The notes under the pieces are model-generated. The model did not search any database and was not told the origin of the DNA. It saw nothing but the letters and a program-made list of their open reading frames with translations. From Paraspadella gotoi (Eukaryota; Animalia; Chaetognatha): 64,000 bases of DNA. Position 1 is the stretch's first letter; the number at the start of each line of letters is the position of its first letter. The translations under genes and the position numbers were made by a program. The stretch spans positions 12,751,723-12,815,722 of the forward strand of contig CM119263.1 of assembly GCA_051294375.1 (NCBI GenBank). The letters are read 5' to 3'. Below are positions 53,720-64,000 of the stretch, piece after piece.

Positions 53720-54900
53720 TTTCCTTCCCCCAAATATCGTTGCCCTTTTGTTCGCATCTTTTATTGCGTTCGGGAGGGAGATGGCGCGGCTGGCGACCAG
53801 GATTCACTCCTGTTACTCTGACCAAGTAACGAAGGATAAGAAGGACAAAGTATTTTTCTGAATTTTTTTTCTCGGAAAACATATTTGTGTAAATGTCTAT
53901 TTTTTTTTACGCTCAAGCCGTTCGGGGTGTTTCGCGTTTTGCGGTGAAATTGGAACGGCATGGACGAAGAAAGCTGAGGTGGCAGTCGATCGGAAATAAA
54001 ACGTAATAGGAGAGATAATTCACTCAGGTGCCTTCTAACGCGTTAGAAGACACTCGATACTATTTATTTTCCATTGCAGTTAGAGGAACAATATATAGGT
54101 TTTTTTCGTTTCCAAAAACGATAATTTATCGATAAATACAAATCAAATACATGTCTAATTTTTTTCAGTCATTCTCTGACTAATATACCGTTTTCTTCAA
54201 TTCCATCAGGATGAAAGCAATCGTGTTTTTAGGTGAATTTACGAAGTAGCGAACACTGTTTAACAAAGTGAGCTTTGAAACAAACGTGAATAAAAACTGG
54301 ATGGTTCTTCTGAATCAAAATTTGACTCACGATATCACGCAGTGAATCCTTGAAATTGAAATATTCTTCGACGAAAATAGAAGGCGCTGTCAAGGACGAA
54401 CCCAGACCCTTCGTTGCCCAAGGTTTTTTACCCGTTGGATACGAGACAACTTTCTTCAAGTGGAACACAATTCTTTTATAAAATTTTCTGGCTACAGTAA
54501 CAGCGCCAAGACATTCGGAAAATTATATATTTTTTAAAGGTTACTAAATAAAAGGAATACTATTGCAATCTATCTGAAATACTATTATTTAGCAATAGTG
54601 GTCAAATCCAACAGACAACTGTTTTACGAGCAGGAACAGTACCTTACTAATCTTCCTTGTTAACATCAGCAAAAATCTATGAGGAAAATAAAACCTTAAT
54701 TCGTAACATGTCAACTATATTTCATACACAATTTGGGAACTAATCTCGGCTTTTTTTATATAAACTATACAAACATTTTGAAGAATAAAAATTAGACCAA
54801 ATACTCTTTTTTTTTCGTACGTGCAAAGTACAAAGTGGCATTGTTTTAGAACCGAGATCAAAAAGAGGACTTTATACCGATGAAACGGTCAGTGAGGCAG

Positions 54901-54953
<53 letters not shown>

Positions 54954-55682
54954 TGTTTCAATGACTAAAATATATTAAACTGGAGTCTTTATTTGGTTCG
55001 TCGTTAAAATTAACGAAAGAACAGAGGGAGAAAAAATATTTGACGATCAACAAGTAACAAGTTTTTTTTTGTAAAATAAACCAAAACAAATCAAAGAGGC
55101 GATAAGGATTTTAAAAAAATACTTATTTACATGTCGTATAAAAAATGAAAATTAAATTTGATATTTCACGTTTTTCTTTGAGTCAACCCCACGTCTTTCC
55201 AAATCAGACACTTTATGGTTAGTCTTGCTCTCTCCCAAAGATGATTAAGTGTGAAAATATGAGAGAAAAGTTTGTTTTAAGCATAAAGAGCGACTATGGT
55301 CCGATTTAGTTTTTCTTTCTCACAAAAATCCCCTCTCTTCCCCCCCAAAAAAAAATTACAGCCCAACTTTAAGCGTTAAATGGTAATGGTTAAAACTCGG
55401 ACAAAAATGTAAGCTAAGAGGGTAGAGATAACAAATATGGTTTCATTTATTTTTAGCACGCTTTCCTTGTTGGGCTCCTGATATCAAAAGAACCCTCTTC
55501 CTCTTGAGTACGTCCGCAAACGAATCTTGGATTGGGAAACAGGTAGGGGGGGGCAAAGGGAACGGTGGCTTGGGCGACGCTAAGATATCCCGCGAGCGAT
55601 TGGAGGCCCTTTTTTTTACCAATCACGAAGCTGGTAATGAAAGGGAGGGTTCGTCGGCAATACTGAGATCATTTGTTCCTCG

Positions 55683-56505
55683 TCAAGGTTTATTGGAGTA
55701 AACTTTAACTTCGCAAAGGGTCAGAATCTCTTCCCCGTCGCCGCTCCCCATGATTTGGATGGAAAGATATCGTCCGTACGTGACCTAACAAACAAAGGAG
55801 GTATTTTTATTATTTAAACTAAACTGTCAGAACAAATTAATAATATAATTGATTCGGTTTTTCGTTCTTTGGTGGACATCGTTTGAGAGAGAGCTCATGT
55901 TTAATGTAACTCAAAATTTTAAATAATTTTTTATATTTACTACAAATCCCCCAGAGCGATCCCCACCTCGTCACAAGTGAGATCCACGTATCTCGTGGAG
56001 GCGGTGCCGTAGAAACGACGGCAGAGGGCGTTTTCTTGAAACTTGTCGCGGTGGTTCCCCACGCGAATCTCGAAGTCGTGGAGGCGCTCCGCTGTGGGCG
56101 AGGGGAATCGATGAGCGTTGGATTAGTTAGGGAAAACATTGGGATATGGGAGCATAAAAAGTTTAGAAGTTGGAAAAATAAAATGAAAAGTTTTAAAAAG
56201 AATAAACAAGTGAGGAAAAAAAATGAGTTGGAATATGGCGGTAACTGGAGGAGCGAGGTCTTAGAAGAAGTGATAACGCAATCGAAATGGAGTGAGAGTC
56301 ATATAGAGAAACACAACTAGAAGAGGAGAGAGAGAGATAGAGTGGGAGAGGTAGAGGACCAAGAGAGTGTTTTAAACAACCATACATCACCATTCCTCGC
56401 ACTTCGGACAACTTAATCGAAAGCGTGAAAAATGGAGACCGGAACGAAATTATTTCTCGCTCATACCCCGATCGATTGACCCAAAAAGGGAAAAAATGCC
56501 CAAAA

Positions 56506-56544
<39 letters not shown>

Positions 56545-56557
56545 CTCTCTCTCTCCT

Positions 56558-56588
<31 letters not shown>

Positions 56589-56840
56589 GCTCTATGGTAA
56601 GGAGAATTGCTGAAAAGAGAGTTGAAATATTTTAATCACGGGGTCGCCTGTTTTTTAGGGGGTAAGAATCGACACCCATGAGCGCCCTCGCACCTGAATT
56701 GACGGGTGCGGCCTGGCCTTACACCATAAAATATCACAACGAAAGCCGCAGAGAACGCGGGGGAAAAAATTAATGAATGTTTTCGTTTTATCTGTTTGCT
56801 CAGCACAATTTCTCAGCGTCGCGAGAAAAGTGGTGTGGAT

Positions 56841-56936
<96 letters not shown>

Positions 56937-59928
56937 GAAGCGAAGAAAATAAAATGAAGACAAAGATGAGGAAAAACATTTTAGCAAATGGATAAAGCCG
57001 CTAAGAAAATTTTTGCAACTGATATAAGGCAATCGAGTTATGTAATTGTATTAAAAGAACGAATTTTTAAGTAGTCGTTGGATTTCTAATTTAATTTTTA
57101 TTTAATGATTTTTCGATTCAACTCTATTAGTCTTATTATTATCACGAATTTTTTTTATTCTGAATGAGAATTATTATACGTACTCTAAATTATTATTTCT
57201 CAAATTGAGCTATTTATAGACTTAATTAAAAAGGAGTGAATCTAGGATCGTATGCGAAGGCAGAGGATCACACGATCCCAAAGCAATTAAAGACTCGGCG
57301 AATCGAATCGTGGGGAAAACCGCGTTGCAAAAAAAAAAAGAGAAAGAAATAATGAAAAGAATGAAGCGAACAATGGAACGAGGGTCGGAATAAATAGAGC
57401 TCCCTTTTTTTATCTGCAATTTCCTCGAGCACATCTGCGGTCGATAATCAGATCATGAGATCATTAGATCATAAACAATCGGAATTGAATCAATGTTTTA
57501 TGCGTGAATGAAGTAAAGATTGTGCAATGCGCATGTTGCCAAAAAAATGGGATCAGAGTATCCTGGGCCATCTTTTGATCATCGAATCTTTTGTCAATTT
57601 CTTTCTGTTCACTGTAGTATTTCTCTCTCTCTCTCTCTCTCTCCTGCTCGCTTGATCTCTCTCATTCTCTCTCTTCTCCCTCTATCTCTCCTGCTCGTCT
57701 CTCATCTCTCTCTCATCTCTCTCACATCTCTCTGATTCTCTCTCTCTTCACTCTCCTCCATCTCTCATTTTCTCCCTCTTCTCTCTTTCTTTTTCTGATT
57801 TTTTTCCCTTATCCTTTCAATTTTCCTTTTACCACTACTTGTTTCTATGAATTTGAAACATCTATTTTAGCTTTATTTTTCCAAAGTCAGCGTTTACTCT
57901 TTCATTAATCTCGTTTTTTTTCTGAATTCCAGTTAAAACTTGTAAAACTATCAAAGTTAAAAAATCCTCTAGATACGACTTCACCATTCCGTGCGAAACT
58001 TCACACCCACAATCTCTGTAATTCACGACGTTCAGCAGTTTGCGCGCCGAGGACAACGACAACAACAACGACAACAACGATCAGGTTTACTACAACTACA
58101 ACGTCAGTTAAAGCAATACTTACTGCAGCAGTCGCTTCGATGAAAGATCCTCACGTATTTGACCGGAACGTTCTCCAGCAAATCAACTCTCCACCATGGC
58201 TGAATTTCGCCGACGTCGAGGTCTGAAACATGAGCACATAGATATGAAAGAACATTGGACGGAGAATTGACGTCTGTTTGAGGGCATTTTGCCATTTTAA
58301 GAAACGAAACCCGAACGAATACAAATTTTATAAAACAATATTTTATCATTATTTGTTTAAAATTTTGTACGCGTGGTGGCGGCTCAGATGTAATAATGGT
58401 CGCCGAAAAACATAGCAACCAATAGTTACAAAGACGAACATTAGAGGAAAAATTATTGTTTAATCTGTCACTGACGACTGCATCATTACAAAAATAATTT
58501 TGCAGTAAAATGTTATCTGAATTATTTTTTATATCTATTTATAGATATAAAAATAGATATAGAAATATAAATTTTTGATAATTGATAATTTTATAAGTTT
58601 TTATTAATTTTGACCAAAAAAATATAAGAATTTTCAAAGGATGTAATTAGATTTTTTTAAAATTGTTGTGCTCTATCAGAATTCTTAAATAACTTAAGAC
58701 TGATCATTTTATCTTTCATATATTTTGTAATTTTTTTATTTTTTTTTAAATTTTTTTTCTTTTATTTTTTTTGGTTTTGTTTTATATCCTCTTTTCCTTA
58801 GCTGCCCAATTTTCTTGTTATTACCTTTTTTCTGCACTTTCATTGACTGTTTCCGTTTTTTTCTTCTAACTTTCAATCTTCACATTCACGGCAGCCAAAT
58901 CACCGGAAATTCTTAACGGTGAACGTCTGCAATTTCGCAGTCTTTTGGTTACCTTAAGAAACGACTGGCAGAATTTAAACCCTTTCGTTCCTTGTTTTAA
59001 AACTTTCGTCCAGTTTTGACAGCAAAGACCATTTCTGGAAAAATACCGTGTAATTACGACTAGCTTTAATTCGATCATCAATACAGTGAGCAACGGGAAA
59101 AAATCTTCCAGCTCCCTACTCTTTCTCAACCCTCTCCTCCAGACTTTTTCCCCTCAAGTTAAACAATTGTCTCCCCATACTAAAGCCAAATCCCCGGGCT
59201 TTAAACCTAAACTGTCAACGTTAACATTCTTAAATAATAAACATCCTTAATGTTAAACTTTCAATCTCTTCCCTACAAAAACCCAAACACCCCATCGGGC
59301 TTTTCTTCCAACAGTCACCGCTCTCAACCGCGCTAAGTTCTTCTTTTCCTTTCCTCCTTTTTTCTTCCAACAGTATCCGCTCTCAACCGCGCTAAGTTCT
59401 TCTTTTCCTTTCCTCCTTTTTTCTTCCAACTTTCTCTCTCTTCCTCCGCCGTTGTTGTCGCCGCTAATCATATTTTCGCCTCATTGATTTTTGATGTCGC
59501 GTTATGGTGGAGATTTCATTGGAAATGTCTGAGGAGAAAGAAGATTCCGAGACGAGGCGAGGGTGAGAGAGAGAGGGGGGAGTGCTAGAGAGTGGGGTGA
59601 GAAAGGCTGGAAAACTCGGAGTGGTAAATGGGTAGCGAAGGTTTGGAGAAGATCGTAAGAGAGAGAAGTGTTAGAAAAGTAAGAAGAAAGACGGTTTTGA
59701 ATTTTACGGGAGGTGGTTAACTGAGGCAGGCAGTTAAATTTGGCGGTAACGGGTGGCGACACAGCTCAAAAAAAGGTGGAAAAAAGAAGAAAAAAACATC
59801 AACGTCAGCGAATTTATCAGAATTTTTTTTTCGAGAAAAAAAAAGTAAGGGTAATAGGAATGTACTGGCTTTTTACCAACGTTAATAAGAATGGATAGAG
59901 AGAGAAAACGAGAGTTTGGGGAGAAAAT

Positions 59929-59982
<54 letters not shown>

Positions 59983-61111
59983 CTCGTGGCCTTTGATCGT
60001 TCGACTCGTTTTTCACGCGCGGATTTTGGGTGGAAGCGCCAAAGAAGGCGCGAGACTCTTGAAGCCTTTCGAGTCGCGAGTCTAGTTTGACCAGGTTCGT
60101 TCGGATGTGGGTGAAGTTTTGCTTTGGGCTATGCCGCTATGGTGACAGAGAAAAAATAACATGCTTCTATGGGAAAATTTTAACGAAAAAAATTGACTGA
60201 CAAAATGATCTAGCCCGGCCTGAATTTAAGAATTTCAGAAAAAAATTGATATCATTTTACAATTTAATAGAAAAAAACAATAAAGGAAGCTGAAAATAAA
60301 ACATTACCTGAATTTATTTTTCTTTTAAAATTAGTGATAAACCTAACCTCATTGCCCTAATCAAACGGAATGACAAATATTGCTCCAAAATCCCACCGCG
60401 TCGCCCTGAGTCACCATGACGACGGATGTCGGCCTCACCTGTGTGCGAGCAGGAGCCGAGGTAGTATTCGCCCGCGTCGTTACCGTCGACGGCCAGAGAC
60501 GCGTTGGCTGAAAAACCTGAATCGTCAATAACAGAAATAGATAATTAGGATAGAAAAAAAAGATTAATAAAAAAAAAAACATCAAAATAAAAAAAAAGAT
60601 ATATGCGGAGTAAGGAGAATTATGTGGAATCCGATGACATAGGTCGGTACTAGATTAAATTAGTGAGGCAACTTAGCAGATACCGGTGGTAAGTCGCCTC
60701 ATTAGAATATGCATGTATGCTTTATTTTAAAGTAGAAATACTCTCCTTTAAAAAAAACACGATAATTCTCAAGAACCAACGGCCTAATCCTACGGCCTTG
60801 AGAGAACGTCCAAAAAAAAAAGAGAGTGATTTACCTTTGTTGGTGAGAACGGATGATTGGTAGGCAGGTTTGGCGAGAGCTAGATTGATTCTCATTCTGG
60901 GAGTTGGTTGGAACCGGCGCGGTTGAGACGTCGTATAGATGACTGTGAGAAGGAGAGAGAGCGAGAGGAAAAGATTAATCGAAGAAATTTCTTGATTCTT
61001 CGACGCATTGATAAATTTATTAGTTGATTGATTGCTCGATTGTTTGATTGCTTGATTGCATGATCGATGGATGGACTCCCATGTAAATGTTGAAAATGAA
61101 AACCTGTGTTT

Positions 61112-61170
<59 letters not shown>

Positions 61171-61357
61171 TCTCTCTCTCTCTTCTCTCTCTCTCTCTCT
61201 CTCTCTCACACCTGTAGACGTCGTGGTAGATGATTGTGAGTAGCTCGGCCACGCGCCTGGGCGAGGGGGCCGAGGGGTGGATCTCTCGTAAGGCAACTGG
61301 TTGTAGGGGTTGTGGCCGGAGCTCGGCGCGGGAAGTGGAGGCGGCGACACTTTGAAT
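55683..61357 (-). CDS. F-type lectin (fucolectin/tachylectin-4 domain) with a Pro/Thr-rich stalk; exons 61357-61212, 60942-60835, 60516-60439, 58222-58124, 56091-55967, 55784-55683; 5' exon uncertain (candidate 61854-61757)
   Basis: Spliced product NLALAKPAYQSS...ASLAVDGN...SCSHT...PWWRVDL...VRIFHRSDCCTERLHDFEIRVG...YGRYLSI...LTLCEVKVY. The H...RxDxxxxR fucose-binding motif is intact and phases are consistent. Confidence 0.9.
59303..59430. repeat. ~59-bp tandem duplication in a lectin intron
   Basis: CCAACAGT..CCGCTCTCAACCGCGCTAAGTTCTTCTTTTCCTTT occurs twice in tandem. Confidence 0.9.
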
Positions 61358-62444
61358 CTGGATGGAGGGGGAGAAGGAGGAAAATGTTGTCATATTATAT
61401 ATATATATAACTAGAATAAAGCAAACATTAGACTATCGAAATTAAATTCTTTGTCATAAAGTTTAGATCAAAAATTTTTCGATTGAACCTGAAAAGATTA
61501 AAAAGAAAGAAAAAAAACATGACTAAAGTCTAAAAAGATAAAAAAATGGTTGTTTTGGGAATTCGCTATAGAAAAGAAAATGCGAGGCAACTGATTTTAG
61601 AATTCGAGCCTTTCCTAGTTAGCATATGCAGAAAGAGGAAAACTTAGAGAGAGAGAAAGCGAGAGAGAGAGAGAGAGAGATAAAGTGACGGAGAAAAACA
61701 GACAAAAATGAAAAAAGAGAGAAAGAGAAAGGGAAAGAGTCCTTGCGTCTGTCTACCTTTTGTTTATGATTAATCTCAAGATAACTTTGCTTTTGTTGGA
61801 GAATGGAAAATGACAAGAGCATGACAAGAGTATGACAAGAGTACCCATAACCATATTTGAATTTTCGTTGCCTTTTGGGACGATAGAGAGGGAGCGGCCG
61901 AAAAAAAAGGGGGAAAAGTGAGTGAGAGAGAAAGGGAGAAATAAGAAAGAGGTTAAAAGACACAGAGCGAAAAACAACCTGTTAATAATGGTTTAGTAAA
62001 ATATATAAAGGAATAAAAAAGTGCGAAGAGGATAGAATTTAAAAATAATGAAAAAAAAAACAAACATGAAATAAAGAAGAAAAGAAGAAAAAAGAAAAAT
62101 GAAGAGGAGGAAGAGAAGGCTGGGAGTAGGAGAGGAATCGGGAGGTAGAATCCTCATTAACATTCGAGAGAAGCCGACGGAGAAACAAGGGGACAGCCTT
62201 TCACGGGACAGTAAAACCCGGATGTCGAACTCCGGATGTTGTTGAGGACTTGGGGAAGAGGAATACCGTGTTTGGTTTCAGCTTCCGTTTTTTTGTTGTT
62301 TTTTTTTTTTCTAGTGGTTAGGACAAATGACAAAGAACTAGTAACGGGACAAGTAGTTCGTTTACTGTTGCGTCAGTATTTGTTTAGTTTTTCCTTTGTT
62401 CTGTTTTTTTTTTCTCGCGTTTGACTCGTCGCGTCTTTTAGGTT

Positions 62445-62479
62445 CAAGGACACACTCGTTTTCCTTCGACGTCGTCGTC

Positions 62480-62511
<32 letters not shown>

Positions 62512-63250
62512 TCCTGATCGATATCGTCATCGTCATGATCTTCGTCGTTAGCGAAAATTTCCTTCCTTCTTTTTCCTTTCCTTCATTCCTCTTTTTTGTT
62601 ATCTTCGCTTCGTTTCTCTCTTCCACATTTCATTTTCTCAATTTCCTTCAAGTTATTTTTTTTTTCTCTTCTTTACATATTTTTATTCTGTTGACTTTAA
62701 CGTCTCCGTCGCCATCTTTCTCCTCCCCGAATGCCGAAGAATTCGTCGCCTCATCGTTTTGTACCCCGCTCTTTTCCCGCCTTTCATCCCGCTTCCCTCG
62801 ACGTCCGCTCTCCCTGCCCGCTTCCAAAGCTTCCAGCCGCCTCCCGCCGCCAACGACCGGCGGGTAAAACGGTTTTATCTCGTGAGGCGGCAGGGATGCG
62901 CAGGTTGTTGTCAAGTGGGTCATCGTAATTTAGGTCGAAGTCTCGTCTTCATTATCGTCGATGGGTTCGTCGTTAACGGCGTCGTCTCAACCGTCAAAGT
63001 CGGCCTCGTCGTTGTTGTTGTCGTCCATGGCGTCGTCGCCGTCGTCGTGTTCGTCGTCGTCGTGTTCGTCGTCGTCGTGTTCGCCGTCGTCGCCATCGTC
63101 GTCGTCGTCCGGCGCATCGTTACTGTCGTGGGCGTCGACGACCGCGATTTTGTGCCTCTGATGATGGCATTTTTTTTTCGGCGGGAAAGATTGTAGGGGG
63201 GGGAGGAGTCGCATTTGACAACAGGATGGTTCCATGCGTTGTAGCATATT
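62445..63250 (-). other. GC-rich (GAC/ACG)n-rich segment, possibly exonic (Thr-rich or Asp-rich frame); unresolved
   Basis: CpG-rich composition like exons elsewhere in the window. Open Thr-rich frame ends at 62920. No convincing splice model. Confidence 0.3.
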
Positions 63251-64000
63251 TTTAACGCTGTTTTTTTCCCGTAGATATCGTTGGGATCAACCGCGGTGTT
63301 TTTAATATAATACTCTAGATTAACTTTTGCTCCTTTCTTACGTTTTTTCTTATTTTCTCGCTTTGTTTGTCTTCATTTTTTTTTATTACGTGCTTTTCAC
63401 CCAAGCGATTTTCCGAGCCTTTTGACCTCAATCGCCTTTATACGCAGCTTTCTAACCTTTCCCGACCCGTACTCCCCCCTATTGCTGACCCCATTTTCAT
63501 TCTCCCTCTTACTCTTTGACCCTTTTCTTCCATTTTCGTCTCCCCCTCCCCCCCCTCTTACCCTCCTATTCTCCGTCTCATATTTTTGCTTCTAATTTGG
63601 AAAAATGAGTTTCCGCTTTCGTCGTTTCGATCCTCAGTGTATCGTCGCTCGTTGGAAATCGAATAGTTTGCTTTCCTCTCTCTCATCTCTCTTCTCTCTC
63701 TCTCTTGCTCATTCTCATCTCTCATCTCTCTCTCTTCTCTCTCCTCACTCTCTCGTCTCGCTCTTCTATCTCTCTCACCAGCTACGTCCTCCCGTCCCCC
63801 CAGGCCTGTTTCTTCGGCGCCATTTCTCCTTGTTTTCCTCCTTTTGTTTCTTCCCCGTGTTTTTTCTTGTTGTTGATCTCCTCTGTATTTGTTAAACTAT
63901 CGCCGTTTGTTTACAGCCTCATCTCGTAGTCATCGTCGACGTCTTCTTCCCCATTTTTCTCCTTCCCTTTCATGTCCGCCGTCTTCTTCTTCTTCTCTCA

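Noticed and set aside
52955-53861. Poly-K and RERERE ORFs (also at 27855-28075, 56655-57032, 59891-60085)
   Set aside because: They are translations of A-rich and GA/CT microsatellites.
62987-62989. In-frame TGA within an Asp-rich frame (selenocysteine or readthrough)
   Set aside because: A TAA follows about 19 codons later, the GAC-repeat sequence looks biased in every frame, and no SECIS was seen.

Overview
Eukaryotic (animal, invertebrate-like) genomic DNA: AT-rich short introns, many GA/CT and TTTC microsatellites, two small N gaps. Manual splicing supports ten protein genes: an NK3/bagpipe homeobox gene (+); IQGAP (-) head-to-head with an hnRNP A1-like gene (+); a ~2,600-aa orphan repeat protein (-); an intronless divergent class A GPCR (+); a small secreted discoidin-like protein (+); a secreted protein with two GEGDCD cysteine repeats (+); a shootin-like coiled-coil/polyproline protein (-); a 10-exon class A GPCR (+); and an F-type lectin (-). 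The main findings are: (1) an intron best explained by a non-canonical GA 5' donor (AG|GAAAGT...CAG); (2) two dispersed copies of a degenerate minimal hammerhead-ribozyme motif of the Penelope/retrozyme type; (3) an IQGAP with several mitotic-regulation hallmarks (CHR plus CCAAT promoter, D-box-like N-terminus, CDK-site insert) and a 3.6-kb exon; (4) tRNA-Gly-like SINE and foldback elements; (5) mosaic CpG depletion. Frameshifts in two repeat tracts look like assembly errors. All calls come from reading the sequence; no searches were run.
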